Shown: piece after piece, positions 27,371 through 41,323 of the stretch
Layout: the number at the start of each line of letters is the position of its first letter
How positions within the stretch are numbered: the first letter of the stretch is position 1
Assembly (NCBI GenBank): GCA_013239625.1
Contig: MU053493.1
Location: forward strand, 2,117,793-2,181,792
Source of the DNA: Lama guanicoe
Lineage: Eukaryota
DNA length: 64,000 nucleotides
Direction of reading: 5' to 3'
Notes under the pieces: model-generated
Seen by the model: only the letters and a program-made list of their open reading frames with translations
What the model was told of the DNA's origin: nothing
Databases searched by the model: none
Position numbers and translations under genes: made by a program

Positions 27371-29504
27371 GAATTGAACTGAATGGACACCACCACCCAA
27401 TGGGATGGAGTCAGAACGGCCTTTTCTCTGTTCGTCCTCTCCAGAAACCACATCCTGGTCTAATCATGAGAAGAATCCCAGTAGAGGTCACCCTACCTGA
27501 CCAGGACTCCCCCAAGCTGTCAGGGTCACCAGAAATCAGGCAAGACTGAGGAATGGTCGCAGTCAAGGGAGCCTAAGGCGACATGGTGGCTCGTGTCACG
27601 TGGCGTCTGGAGTGGGATCCGGGAGGGGAAAGGACACTACGGAAAAGCTCAAGAAATCTGAATCAACTATGGACTTGAACTAATAACGTATCAATATTGG
27701 CTCATTAATTATCAAAAAAAATGGACAGTACTGACACTAATAGGGGAACTATGGGATTTCTTTCTACTGTCTTTGCAACTTTGCGAGAAATCTAAAACTG
27801 TTCTAAAAGATGAAGTTTATTTTAATAATCCAAACAGCAATCATGAAGCATAAATATCTCAGACTGTGACACCCTGCCTATTACTGCAAGTTGCTTTTAA
27901 GAATGAACAGATGCTGGTCACTCTAGAACCCCCGGGGCCGGGCCCAGGGGCCGTGCCCTCACACCACACGGGACACAAGTGAGCTGCCCACCCTGGGTCT
28001 AACCCCAGAATGAAACTGACTTACAGGTGGTGTGAGTTTCAGACGGTAGGAATGGAGGTTAATGCTTGCTTGCTGATGTAGTGAGGGATAATCTTTGAGA
28101 CCCCAAGGACTGACAGTCTGGTCTTCTCAGGGAAAAGGAAGGGGCCTGAGAGACCAAGAATCCGGTTTTCCCAACCATCACACCTGTGGCTTTCGTTTAC
28201 CTGTGCCCCTGAGCTGTTGGACTCACCCTGAAACCCATAATCAAATGTTCTCTAAGAACTTCTCCGTGATAGCAGTCTTCCTCTGCAAGGATTAAGTGAA
28301 TATCAAAGCCTAAATGGCATTTGGAAAAATCAACTATAAAAATACATACACATTCAAATCTGATCATCAAATCATAAATAATAAATGCCAACAATGTGGA
28401 CATACGATGAGATAAAGTGCACTGCTCGTTTAGGCAAAACTACTGACAATTAAACAAATGTACCTGAATAAAATTGACATCAGTACTGGCTAATGTAAGA
28501 GGTCACAGAAGGCTGCTGGATTTCTCATTGCATCCTCAAAGAAATAACTGAAAACAAGAACTTTCAAAAGAAAGATGGTATAAAAATTCAGAGAACAAAG
28601 TTAGGAGATCATGGCTCCAGTGTAAATCTGTAGCCATAATCTTACATGTAAATAATGAATTAAAATGTAAAATCTGTGGTTACCTCTAGATCACTGACAC
28701 TAGGTTATTTATACTGATTGCAGCTTCTAATGGAAGTAAACATGGCTATTTTTAAATAGGAAAAAAAAGGAATCAATTCTCATTTGGCGGAAGAGCTTTG
28801 AGGTGGTTCTTCCCAAAGGGAGGAGGATGGGTCACGTGGTCTCTCAAGTTCCCTTTCAGCGGGTGATGCTGTGATAAACACTTACTGTGGTGAGAGCAGG
28901 GCGGTTCACCAAAGCACGCACACTGAGGCCACACACACCCACCGTCTTTAGGAAACGAAGCAGACTGCATTTTTCTAAATACCTAATACTCGGATTTGAA
29001 GTATGAGTCTTTCCCAAATGCATTCTGCTGAGTGCACGTGGGGCGGGGTAGGGTCACTGCTAGAAAACGGGGAGAAGGTCCAAAAATGCCTCTCTTAGAA
29101 CGCTGGGATTCCAGAAGGTTCCTTTACTCACATGGAAAGCCACCAGAAACAGGAAAAAGAATTCTAACCTCTGAGCTGAGAACAGTGGGACCACAAAGGC
29201 GCCGGGGAAGAACCTTAGAAGAGGACACTGCAAATGGAGCCCTGGGGCCTGGCAGGCAGCCTGGCCAGCGGTCCGGAGGTTTCCAGACCCTGCCTGGAGA
29301 CCAGGCACGTGTGGGTGGCTTGCCTCCTCTGGGGTCACCCCAACCGCTCTGCTGACTCCACATGGACGTCCAGGGCCTCTGGCCTTTGGGGGACACCAGG
29401 CAGCCTGCAGGCCCAAGTTTCCTGCTCCCGCTAGCAGCCATGTCCCTCTTTCCTGATTTGGATGATTTTTCAGTGATGACATTTTCCCCACAGCTTTGTC
29501 CATC

Positions 29505-29641
29505 TTCTCTTTCTTTGTGTGTGTGTGTGTGGGGGGGGGTAACCGGGTTTTTAAATTTATCTTTAACGGAGGTACTGGGGATTGAACCCAGGATCTGGTG
29601 CTTGCTGGGCATGCCTTCTACCACCGAGATACCCTCCCCCC
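29505..29641 (-). mobile_element. vic-1-like SINE
   Basis: acggaggtactggggattgaacccaggatc...ctaccaccgagataccctcccc. Confidence 0.8.
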
Positions 29642-29695
29642 ATTTTCTCTTATTCCCCCCACAAAATAAGCAAAAATATGAGTTTTCAGACATTA

Positions 29696-30146
29696 TCTTA
29701 TGTTGAATTGTGTCACCCCAAAATTCTACATTGACATCCTAACCCCCAATATCTCTGACTGTGACTTTGTTTGGAAATAAGATCGTTGTAGATGCCATTA
29801 ATTAAGTTGAGGTCATACTGGAGGGTGGGTCCAAATCCAATATGACAGGTGTCTTTATGACGAGGGGAAGTGTGGACCAAAGACAGATGTGCAAATGGGA
29901 AGATGCAGGCAGAGATAGGCTGATGCAACTAAAAGCCAAGGAAGGCCACGGCCGGCCGGCAGACCACCAGGAGCTCAGGGAGAGAGGCATGGAACAGGTT
30001 CTCCCTCATGACCCTCAGAAGGAATCCAGCCTCCTGACACCTTGGGATCGGACTTCCGGTTTCCAGAATGGTGAGGCGCTCACGTTTTGTATTTAAGCCC
30101 AGTTTGTGGCTCTGCTGTAAGAGCCCTACCTAGCAAGCCAACACAG
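29696..30146 (+). mobile_element. MLT1C/D-type MaLR LTR
   Basis: ttgaattgtgtcaccccaaaatt, ggcatggaacaggttctccctc and ttttgtatttaagccc. Confidence 0.75.
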
Positions 30147-30589
30147 CCTGGAATGTTAAAAAAAAAAAAAAAAGAAAGCCTAGTTTTACACAGATGTTCC
30201 AGCAACTTCCCTGGGACATAATAACCCAGAAAAAAAGGGAGGAAGGCCTGGGGGAGCCCTTGTCACTGTCACACTTCAAGGTGCCTGTACATTCCTCACG
30301 GGAGGCCCTGGGCTCGGAGGGGTACCCAGCCCTCTGCCAACAGTGCCTTCTCTCAAGATGGTAAGACTTTTATAGCCACTTCCCTTCCAGTACCAGTCAG
30401 TTCCACAGGCATGTTTCTTTAGTCAAAGGATGCTAAGGGCCAGCTGATACAGTCTATATGCTATTAGGTTGAGCATTTGAACAAAATATTAAATATTAAA
30501 ATATAGATTTAAGTTGAATTTCAGTTGAGTTGATACAGTTTACTACTGACATTTAAAAGTCATCTTCTGGGGAAAAAAAAAGCAATGTG

Positions 30590-30885
30590 TGACAGATATA
30601 GTAAACAACCTTATGGTTACTGTGGGAAAAGGGGGTGAGAAGGGATAAATTTGGAGTTTGAGATTTGCAAATATTAACTACTATATATAAAAATAGATAG
30701 AAAACATATTCCTTCTGTATAGCATAGAGAATTATATTCAATATCTTATAGTAACCTATAATGAAAAAGAATATGAAAACAATTATATGTATGTATATGC
30801 ATGACTGGGACGTGATGCTGTACACCAGAAATGGACACATTATAACTGACTGTACTTCAGTTTTTTTTTAAAAAGATTAAAAAAT
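30590..30885 (+). mobile_element. Short L1 3'-end fragment
   Basis: aaccttatggttac...gggataaatttggagtttgagatttgcaaa...gtacaccagaaatggacacattataactgac. Confidence 0.8.
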
Positions 30886-30904
30886 AGTTAAAGACATCCT
30901 TTGG

Positions 30905-31976
30905 AGTAAAGCAGAGATGGCTTCATCTCCCACGGACAGTAGGGACTCACTCCCTTTTTCCTGCATGGGAGCCACCCTTTGGGACTTGCTTGATCAAGAG
31001 GATGTGATCAGGTGACACTCTGGGATGCAGGAGGCAGTTTCCTCCCAAACCTCCTAGTGCTACAGAGTCCAAACTCATTCTGCTTGTCACACAACAGGCC
31101 AATACAAAAGGAGACAAGGTGTTGGGGCAAGGAATAGTGACTTTATTTGGAAAGCCAGCAGACCAAGAAGATGGGGGACTAATGTCCTAGAGAACCATCT
31201 GCCCCAAGTCAGAATTCAGGCTCCTTTTATAAAAAGGGGAGGAGTGTGGTTGGTTGTTGCAGACTACTTGAGTGTTGGAATTCTTTGTTCTTACAGCTGT
31301 TCTGGGGCAGGGGAGGGGAGTGGTCCCTGTAAACCTCCAAAAACACATATATTATTTTCTATTCTGCAACTTTTTAATCTTTATGTGAATGGAAAAGTGT
31401 TATACTCTTAAAGGTCAGAGCCTTGAGAATGGGCTTTCCTGTGTATTTCAGGCTCTAGGCAACATTCTTTTACCAAAGGTGAAGAACCAGCATGACTAAG
31501 CAAGGAAACAGCACAGGGTTAGAATCAAAGGAGCAGATCTAATATGGAGTCAGATTTGTTCTTCCTTATTACACTAGGACATTCACTGTGGGAGCTGCCA
31601 GTTACCCTGTGACAAGATCACCATGCTCTGAGGAAGCCCAAGAAGCCACACAGAGGAGCTGGGTGACAAGAGAAAGGGGTCCACAGCCCCCAGCCCAGCC
31701 ACGGCACACACATGGGAGTGAAGGAGCCTTCTGAAACTTCCAGCCCCAGCCAACAGGCCATGAAAAGGAACCAGGGGACACAGCCCAGAGCCAGAACAAG
31801 ATTCCAAATAGGGCCACATCCAGCCACCTGGTACTGCTCCAGTCGCTGGTAAGACAGCCCCACTGTGCCCTGCCTGAACTCTTCACTTCCAAAGTCATGA
31901 ACATCAAAAACGGGTGGTCGTTTAACGCCATACCACTTCAAGGTGGCTTCTGGGGCAGCGAGAGCTACCTGGAACA
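30905..31976 (+). mobile_element. Old MLT1-type LTR split by a family A LTR
   Basis: gaggaagcccaagaagccacac, cagccccagcc and terminal gtttaacgcca...acctggaaca. Confidence 0.55.
31058..31573 (-). mobile_element. Solo ERV1-class LTR, family A
   Basis: Reverse complement of the 12730 element. TSD ctag at 31054-31057 and 31574-31577. Confidence 0.88.
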
Positions 31977-32477
31977 CCTTTTCTTGAAGGATTTTTTTCC
32001 TTCCAGATGCTCACAGATTTAGGTGGATTTATTAAGGTGGCTACAGTGTAAGTGAAATTCCACTAAAAATGCTTTTCAACAAACAAGGAGGACTGATGCA
32101 TGTTCCCACTACAAAGGGCTGCACTACCTGTCAGAACACACCTTACGCTGTGAGGCGGCCCAGTAAAATGGGCACCTCGTGATTCCACTTCCTAACCGCT
32201 GCCCCACTGAAATGGAGACTGCGGGTAGCGGGAGAGTGTGGCCCTTCAGCAAACGAAGGGCAACTAACTCCCCTCCACAGCGGTGCTCAGAGATGTCACT
32301 GAACACGGACTTGTGAGCTCATTTTTGGGCTTCTCGGCTCTGTTTCAAGAAGGCATCGGGCGTGCCAATGAGAATTTGGCCCAAGACCATGGAAACATGG
32401 GTTCTTGTGACTCAGCAGGGCCATGGGTCACGCTCTCTGGCCAGAGGATATGCACAGGCCCCGGCTGCAGACATGAC

Positions 32478-32926
32478 TGACAGACACGACCAACCTCCAT
32501 CTCCTCCATCTCCTCCATCCACCGCTATTTCGGGACAAGCCCAGCAGACGGCAAGTAACAATTCCGCCTTCTGCAAAACCCACCAATCAGCATTTACCCT
32601 TCAGCATACCTCCTCTGCGTAACAATTTCTGCCTCCCCAGAAGTGAGTGAGAACTACTGGCGGGAAAGTTCATCCCCGACCCTCTCTCTCTCAGACACGC
32701 CCCTTTCACTTTCAGTGTACCCACCAATCAAAGCTTACCTCTCAGTGCCCGTCATCTGCATAAGAACCCACCAACCAGCTCCGACCCCCGGGCATAAAAT
32801 AACCAAGTCTGTACACAGAGAGCGGGCTCCAGTCCGACTGGAGACGCCCTTCTGCTGGTTTCTCAAAATAAACCTGTCTCTGCTGTTGCGCCCTCTCTCT
32901 CTCATTTCTTTCTCTGACTCTTAACA
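32478..32926 (+). mobile_element. Solo LTR, family B
   Basis: tgacagac...ttaaca with ccaccaatca CCAAT boxes, a cataaaa TATA-like motif and aataaa. Near-TSD atgac / gtgac. Confidence 0.8.
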
Positions 32927-33071
32927 GTGACAGCCCCACAGGATCTGTGAGGTGACCGCCACTGTGTCTCTTCAGAGAATCTGCCAGCCATAGAGGAAAA
33001 ACGTCTTCCTCTCATAAAAATATTCCTTCCTAGCATCACACTTGTCTGAACTGGGACTTCACAACCAAGGA

Positions 33072-33190
33072 GATATATATATATAATATATATGTATATG
33101 TATACACATATATATTATATATATGTATATGTATATATATGTGTGTATATATATATAGACACACACATACACATATACGCATATATATAT
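33072..33190. repeat. (TA)n/(TG)n/(CA)n compound microsatellite
   Basis: Visible dinucleotide run. Confidence 0.9.
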
Positions 33191-33219
33191 TTCATTTTTG
33201 CTCTTTCTACATTCAACTT

Positions 33220-34117
33220 CTTTAAAATTGCAGTATAGTTGATTTGTGATGCTGTGTTAGTTTCTGGTATACAGCACAGTGGTTCCGTTACACACAGATA
33301 TATATTCTTTTTCAGATCCTTTCTCATTATAGGTTATTACAAATTACTGAATATAGTTCCCAGTAGGATCTTGTTGTTTATCTGTTTTATATATAGTAGT
33401 TAATATCTGCTATCCCAAACTCCTAATTTATCCCTCCCATCCCTTTCCCTTTAGTTACCGTAAGTTTGTTTTCTATGTCTGTGAGTCTGTTTCTGTTTTG
33501 TAAATAAATCCATTTATATCATTGGTTAGAGTCCACAGGTAACTGATATCACATGATATTTGTCTTTCTCCTTCTGACTTACTTCACCGAGTATGATAAT
33601 CTCTCTAAGTCCATGTATGTTGCTGCAAATGACATTATTTCATCCTTTTATTCTGGCTGAGTAGCAGAAGACCTAAAACAGACATTTCTCCAATGAAGAC
33701 ATCCAGATGGCCAATAGGCACATGAAAAGATGCTCAACATCACTAATTATTAGAGAAATGCAAATCAAAGCTCCAGTGAGATATCACCCCCACCAGTGAG
33801 AATGGCCATCATTAAAAAGTCTACAAATAACAAATGCTGGAGAAGATGTGGAGAAAAGGGAACCCTTCTACACTGTTGCTAGGGATGTATTTTGGTGCAG
33901 CCCATATGGAAAATAGTATGGAGATTCCTCAAAAAACTAAAAATAGATTTACCATATGATTCAGCAATCCCCTCCTGGGCATATATCCAGAGGAAACTCT
34001 AATTTGAAAAGATACATGCACCCCAGTGTTCATAGCAGCGCTATTTACAGTAGCCAAGACGTGGAAACAACCTCAGTGTCCATGGCCAGATGACTGGATA
34101 AAGATGTGGTCTATATA
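33220..34117 (-). mobile_element. 5'-inverted truncated L1 (twin priming)
   Basis: 33220-33665 is the L1 3' end on minus. 33666-34117 is the immediately upstream ORF2 segment on plus, ending at gatgtggtctatata. Confidence 0.8.
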
Positions 34118-35972
34118 ACCAACGATACTTGGAGGTGTGGTATCTGCTTCGTAGATAACCTGTACCAAATCATTTTCAAACCAACCAGAAAACCAACATG
34201 AATGTGCTTCAAATTTAAAAAGTAAACAATTTAGTGCCAAGAGCAACCTGAGTCTGTCTGCACTTGGGGGAGTGCCTTTCTCAGAATTACAGCTGCACCG
34301 TCTGCCCTGGGCCTCCATCAAGCCCACGTCACCCCCACTTCCACCAAGATGTCAACATAGCACCACATGTCCTGTAGCCGGTTCCTGGCAGGGCATTATT
34401 CAGAGTCAAGTCTGGCAGATGCCAAAGCCAGTGAGAACCAGGTCTGGATGGCGCCAACCTAGTGCCCCCACCCCCACCCCCAGCAATGCCCAAGTCCCCT
34501 ATCTGTGCCCATTTCTCAACCTGACTCTGGCTCCAGCCTCTGGTTGGGCATCCAAGACCTCTCTTCCCCAGATCCCATGGCAAACGGCCAGAATTCTCAG
34601 GTGTGAGGCTCTTGGTTTGAAATGTCCTTAGATCGCGTTGCCTCGGTGTTAGGGGAAAATATTTTTTTAATTATGCAAGGCAAGAAAAATGAATTTGAGA
34701 TTATGAATTTCCCACAGCCTTCAAAGAAGGGTGTCATGCAGCTGCGGAAAGCAAACGAGCAAGGTCTCTATTCACTCACCCAGAGCCGGTGCCAACTCAA
34801 GTAAAGGTAGAAAGATGAGGAGACTGTTTATCCGTAAATCCATGTCCATGTAAAACCAAAGCAGAAAATAGAACGCCCTCCTGCATATCTGGGTGCAGGA
34901 AGGAGGACTGTGCAGGTGGTCGGTGCCCCACCAAGGGTAGGTCAGGTGGGGGGGCTCCCCCTTTCTGAAGACCATCCCCTCCTGTTTGATGCTTGTCATT
35001 CACACAGTGCAGAGGCAGAGAGGGCTGGAGCATGCGGCCAGAGGGGATAGCACCCCATTCCCTGTGGCTGAACGTCCGGACTTTGAGATCAACCCCAGGG
35101 GAGAGGAAAGCCAGAGACCAGGACTGGTTAGCATCAGAGAGGGCCTCCCTGAGCACACCCAGTCCTGGCTAGGCTCCTCCCAGACATGTCATTCACTTCC
35201 CATACTTGTTCTGAGGAGGGCCTGAGCTCACCTCCTGTGTTACAGACCGGAAACCAAGCCCCAGACAGAACAGTGGCTTCCCCAGACTTCCAGGGGGCAG
35301 TGGGAGATGTGGGATTCTGGCTCCGGGTGGCCCATGGCCTGTGCTCACACACAGTGCGTTGTGACACCTAATACTTGTGTTGACTTTGAGCAAATCCTTC
35401 AATCCCCTTGAAGTTCACACTCCTTATCTCCAGGGAGGTGGAGAAGACCCACCTCTTCTGCAAGGACACCCGGGCTGCTGCGCACACGTGTGTAAAAGCA
35501 TCTCATGGGTGCGTGTGCAGGACTGGTGATGATAACACTGCCCTGTCAGTGGCTCTTTCTACCCGTGGTGCCACCTGACGCCCCCCTCCATGGGGCCTCA
35601 GCCAGCACTGTGGGTTTGGGCGAGGTGGCAGCAGAGCTGCCGACACGCGGTTGCAGAGAGAGACCCACAGCCCCTGGGGACAGAGGGAGTGCAGAGAAGG
35701 GCGCTTATGAGGTGCGACGGGGTTGGAAATGGAATGCCGCTGGGAAGCCTACGGGAACAGACTGAGCATGTGGAGGGGGTGGCTGTCACCCAGGGCACAG
35801 GCCCCCAGCTCAGGGCAAAGAGTACTAACACACGACCCAAAGGCAGAGACTGATCAGTGGCTGCTTCTCTAGTAGCTCCTGCAGGAAACCAGGCCCCCAT
35901 CTCATCAAGCATCCCCGAGCCCTGATCCCCCAACCCACTCATCACATACGCAGAGCAACAGGAACCAACTGC

Positions 35973-36083
35973 TTTTGGGGGGGGTAACTAGGTTTACTTT
36001 AATTAACTAGTTAATTTTAACGGAGGTGCTAGGGATTGAACCCAGGACCTCGTGCAAGCTAAGCATGCGCTCTACCGCTGAGC
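35973..36083 (-). mobile_element. vic-1-like SINE
   Basis: ggaggtgctagggattgaacccaggacctcgtgcaagctaagcatgcgctctaccgctgagc. Confidence 0.85.
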
Positions 36084-36179
36084 TTCTCATTTTGTCTTGA
36101 TTTTATTCTAGTTTTATTAATTTCTTAGTAATTAATAGTACTGAAAGCCCGCTCATGAAGAGATGAGAAATTGAGAGGG

Positions 36180-36315
36180 ATTTTTTGTTGTTGTTTTGGG
36201 GCTTTTTAGGGGGAGGGTAATTAGAGTTACTTATTTTAATGGAGGTACCAGGGTTGAACCCAGGGCCTCCTGTGTGCTAAGCATGTACTCTCCTACTGAA
36301 CTATGCCCTCCCCCT
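36180..36315 (-). mobile_element. vic-1-like SINE
   Basis: ggaggtaccagggttgaacccagggcc...ctgaactatgccctcccc. Confidence 0.85.
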
Positions 36316-37505
36316 AAACTGCTTTCCTTTTAATAAAAAAATGCTACGCCCACCTCTTTCATTGCAGAGTAAGGGCTTTCTTTCTTAAATTCCATTTTCC
36401 AAATAAAACCATCGTGAGCGGCATCGTCAGTATTAAAAATTTGGATCAGAGAATGAAAGACTGATTCTGAGCACATGATGCTCTCTCACCCGTGGATTTT
36501 TTGGATTTTCAGCTGGTAGGCTGGGCCCTGCAGCCTGTGCCTGCCCCGTCTTCGACATCTGGGACCACAGGAATGCTTTACGTTAGTGTTTTCAAGGCCC
36601 CCAAGGGTACTGCTGACATCAGCAGGAGCGGCCAAGTCCTCATCCCCCGGCTCCATCATGAACCCATCCCCTGCGGAGGCACTAAAGAAACCAGTGCTGG
36701 ACTGCTAGTGACTCCAATGATGCGCTGGCGCCTGGCACTCAGTGAGGCTCCTGGCAGCCACCCAGAGGGCCCACCGCTCCATCCAGCTCCAGTGTGGATA
36801 TGAAGGGGCTGGTGAGTGCCAAGATCTGGGAGACCAGGCCCTCCAGGAGGCTGACAGCATGAAGGCAGAGAAGAAAAGTCCAGGGAAAACCAGGAGGAAA
36901 AATGAGAGTAGGTTCTGGCATCTCAGGGAGTGGAGCGGGACATGGAAACAGGTCTCAACGGGGACAGATGGAATGTGATGGCTGAGGACGGGGGACAGGG
37001 CAGCTCGGTCTGCAGCTTGTGACATGGAGTGGGGAGGATTTCTGAAGCAAAGGCACACAGGGAATCTGTACATGGTAACATGCTCAGCTCTTCTTTCAGT
37101 GCATGTCACAACAATATTTCAATCATTAGGTCTGAGATAAATTTAGATTTAACTTCCCAAACAATGTTTTAATGACACCGGCGGCGGCCCCCAGCAGCAC
37201 TCTGATTTATACAAAACTTCTAGATAAATGACTTCTTTTGACTCACAGAGAAAGATGTCTAATTAGGAAGGTTTTCGAGGATAAAAGACTGTCACTGTCC
37301 AGCAGCTACTCTCAACACTCTAAAATCAGTGTTCACATGTGAAGACGTTAGCCTTTCACCAATGGGCCACGTAAAACATGGTCCCGGGATCCCCCAAAAT
37401 GGGACGTGGCAGCCTAAAGGGCTGGATCAGAGCCTGCCCCGTCCTTCCCTGATGTCGCTGCCAGGGCCATCTCTCTACTTCTAATTTTTAAAAATCTTAT
37501 ACATA

Positions 37506-37642
37506 TTTTTTCTTTTGGGGGGGTAATTAGGTTTATACATTTATTTTTAATTTTTTTGATTTTTAATGGAGGTACTGGCGATTGAACCCAGGACCTCATA
37601 CATGCTAAGCATGTGCTCTACCACTGAGCTATACCCTCCCCC
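37506..37642 (-). mobile_element. vic-1-like SINE
   Basis: ggaggtactggcgattgaacccaggacc...ctaccactgagctataccctcccc. Confidence 0.88.
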
Positions 37643-39094
37643 TGCCCCCCTCCCCGCCTTTAGATGTAGCTGCAAGATGAGTAGTTTTGTCATAGAAGAT
37701 TACTCTTTACTTCGTTTTATTGTGTATTGGTTTTCTAGCTGGGCATAGGTCTGAAATAGAATTTATATTAGGATAAGATATTTAAGATTCTCTTTAAGCA
37801 CTGGTGTTTAACAATGTCTCTTAAGGGTTGCTTCAAAGTGACTACAAGAGAAAAGTAGTAAGAAGTAAGCCTGTCAATCAGATGCAATCACAGGGACCAG
37901 AGGAAGGGAGTGAAACAGCCAAAGTTCTGCAACCCCACCCAAAATGAGGGTAAAATCACCTTGTATCCAAACCAATGCACATACCAGGTTTTCTGGTAGC
38001 ATGAAGAAAGGGCTAATGCAGCTGACCTGGAGGGTCACGGAAAATGTCTCACTGGGTTCTGTGGTACAAATAGGAGTTTGCCAAGTGGACTGACTCCAAG
38101 AAAGCATTTTAGGATGAGGTTAACCTGGGTAATGCATGGAGCCCTGACACAGAACACCACACCAAGGGCGCAGCAAGCTAGTCAGGAGTCTGTCTGCTAA
38201 CAAACTTGGTGTTTCCCTCCGTAGACAGCGGAGAGGCCCAGGAGGGCACCAAGCAAAGCGGTACATTGACTAGATCTGCAGTGAGGAGGTGGATTTGGGG
38301 CCAGGCCATGACGGGGTGAGACTACAGCGTTTTCTGGTCAAATGTGCTTGCAGCTTCACTGGGAAAGCTAAGTCAGATCAGTTCACCCCAAACTAACTGG
38401 ACAAGAGGCATCTAATACCATGATGTGTGAGACTGGAGGAGACAGTGCGACACTAGAGCTTTACCGTTTCTGATGATTCTGTAACTCATCTTTTGTTTTT
38501 GAACAAAAAAAAATCACTGCTCTAGGAAGCTACTACCATCTCCCACTCAACGTTTGTTACCTGGACTGTTGCTGATTTGCTAAAGACACAATAATAAAAG
38601 TAAAAAGACAACAGTGAAGATCTGGCCATGTTGCTGTGGAAATCACATCTGTAAGAGTTTCAATGATGGAAAAGTCCAAAACCCCAGCAGGAATTATCAG
38701 ATCTATTTCAAGTTTCCCACAGAGTCAGAGTCATGGGCTGCCTCCTCCTGTTTCTGTATCTGTCCTCCTGATTTTTATTTCTACTCTGTTTTTCCCTTAT
38801 CAACTTAATACTTGCTTGACTTATTCATTATGTACACACTCCTGGGACCAGGCCAGGGCAGAGCTTAGTCACAGCTGCAAACCAGCCAGAAGCAGCTTCC
38901 CAGCTTCCTCTGTCCCAGCAAGGGAGAGTCGGTCCCCAAACCAAAAAGCGGGCTATGCCAGCAACTATGATAAATGCTCCCCAAGAGTGGAAGGGCCTTC
39001 CTGGCTATGGCAGGGTCACTAAAGTCTAGCGTTCCTAATTTCCAGTCGGCTACTTTCCCATCACATTGGCTCTGCCTCGCTTGTCTTTTAGTGT

Positions 39095-39770
39095 CTTTCT
39101 TTGTTCATTCATTTGTACGTCTGTGCACCTATTTGTTCTTCCAACGTTACACTGATTCATTCATCAAAACACATGGAGCAGGCACTGAAGACTTGGCCTC
39201 TCATCCAGCTGAGCTGGAAGGCACTAGGCCCAAGGCGGCCTGGCCTCATGTTGGGTAGCATGTGGGCTCCACGAAGGCTTTGCAGAGATGGCCCCAGGAA
39301 GGACTGGAGAACCAGAAGCTGTCACTTCCACAATCTGCAACGCAGGCTGATGTGTCTCAGGCACAATCCAGACTCGTGCCTGCCATCTTTAAGTTAAGAA
39401 GCAGGCAGATAGGCGAGGAGGCAAAGATACTGACTCTCATGCTGAGTGCTACAGAGGAAACAATCAGGGGACGTGATGGGGAGTCGGGGGGCCTTACGTG
39501 GAAGGGGTGGTGGCTCCTGGGCCTGGAACCTGCATAAAAGGAGCCAGTGAAGCACATTCCAAGCATGAAGGGAAACCTTGGAAAGTTCCAGAAACTGTCA
39601 GGAGGCCAAAGGAGCTGGTGCTCAGGGCATCACTGGATGGGGTCAGCAGCTTGGGCAGAGCATTGTGGACTAAGGAAAGAAATCTGACTTTTCCCCACAA
39701 TGTGATGAGAAACCACTGAAACATTTCAGAAGACACAATGACAGGACCTCATTTATATCTTTAAGGAAGC
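39095..39770 (-). mobile_element. L2 fragments
   Basis: ttcattcattcatca at the L2 3' end and gacaggacctcatttatatctttaagg. Confidence 0.5.
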
Positions 39771-40791
39771 ACACAGGTCAGGCGCCCATGCTCCCATGAG
39801 GGTTGGGCAAGTAGAAAAGGCCTCCTCTTCCTGAGATCACACAGCAGAGTCCAGCTGTCACTCTTCGGCCGCGCCCTCCTGTAGGACAGAAGGGGTCATG
39901 GGTTCCATGCACCTTAGTCATGTCATCTTTAAGGTCTAACAATGCAAGCTTTTAGTTCCACAGAAATGCAGTACAATTGCAGGCTTTTCCATTGTGCATG
40001 TGATGTAATTTATCAATCCAGTCCTCTGTGGATGGTGGTTTTGGGTCTTGTGCACCAGATACAATGTTGCATTGAGGTATTACTTCCTAAGTGCACAGGC
40101 CCACCTACAGGATGAGTAGCAGAGCTGGGATTCCTGGGGCAAAGAGTAAATTAACCTCTAGTTGGTTTACTACCGCCAAATCATCCCGCCCCAGAGGTGG
40201 TACCATTCCACATGCCTATTAGTAAAATAAGAGCTGGCCTGTTGCCCCACATCCTCATCAAAAGATATGTGGTCCAACTTGTGGGTTTTTGCTCAATCTG
40301 ACAGGTAAGACGCGGTATGTCCGTGTTGTTTTAATCAGATCTTCTGTTCCCACTAGTGAGGTTTATAATGTATTCCACATGGTGAATGCCCACTTGATTC
40401 TCTTTGGTTGTGAATTCTGTCCCTGTCCATTTTTCTTTTGGATACATCTGGTCCTTTTCTTGTCAATTTCTATGAAGTAGGTACATTCTGTGATCTGAGT
40501 TAGAAACATTTCACAGTTTGATATTTTGCTTTTCAATGTACTTGCTTTTTAAAGTTATTTATTTATTTAGCCACACAAAGGCTTTTTACTTTTGTCACAT
40601 TAAAACAAGAGTTTGTTTTTTTTAGAGCTGCATAGAATACTTTTTGACTTGGTAAAAAGGAACAGGGAAGTTCTTTGGCCCAGATTTGGAAAGATGTCTA
40701 TGTGTATTGTTAAGTAGGAAATGCTCCTTTTTGTGTAAGAAAGAAGAGAAAATGGGAATCTATGTTCTTATTTGCTTTTATTTTCATAAAC

Positions 40792-41323
40792 TGTGATGGT
40801 TCTTTTGTATGTCAACTTGGCTAGGCTTTGGTGCCCAGTAGTTTGGCCAAACATCAGTCTAGATGTTGCTGTGAAGGTATTATTTAGATGTGATTAACGG
40901 AAATCAGTGGACTTTGAGTAGAGCACATTTCCCTCCAGAATGGAGGTGGGCCTCATCCAATCAGTTGAAGGCTTCAGAGCAAAGACTGAGGTTCCCTAAA
41001 GTAGATGGAATTCTTCTCAAGACTGTAATGAGAAACCCTGACTGCGTTTCCAGCCTCTTGTCCTGTGGAATTTGGTCTCGAAACTACAACACATCAACAC
41101 TTACCTGAATCTCTAGCGTGCAAGCCTGTCCTATGGACTTTGGACTTGCCAGCCCCCACAATCACATAAGCCAATTTCTTAAATTAAATCTCTCTATATA
41201 TGTCTATAGATAGATATATAGAAAGACAGACACAGATACACATATACATGTATATACTTACATATGCATATATATACACACAAACACTATTGGTTTTATT
41301 TCTCTGGAGAACCCTGACTCACA
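40792..41323 (+). mobile_element. MLT2-type ERVL LTR
   Basis: tgtgatggttcttttgtatgtcaacttggctagg...tctctggagaaccctgactcaca, with the usual internal (TA)n. Confidence 0.85.

Larger units (their letters stand above)
21560..27830 (+). mobile_element. Old L1 with ORF1 remnant, ORF2 endonuclease remnant and long 3'UTR, carrying nested SINEs, MaLR and MER21-like LTRs
   Basis: ORF1-like METLRKNQ...FDGLINSLDTARERICELENR (22181) and endonuclease-like SIITLNVNDPNTPVKRQRL...LQETHFK (~23425). Confidence 0.8.
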
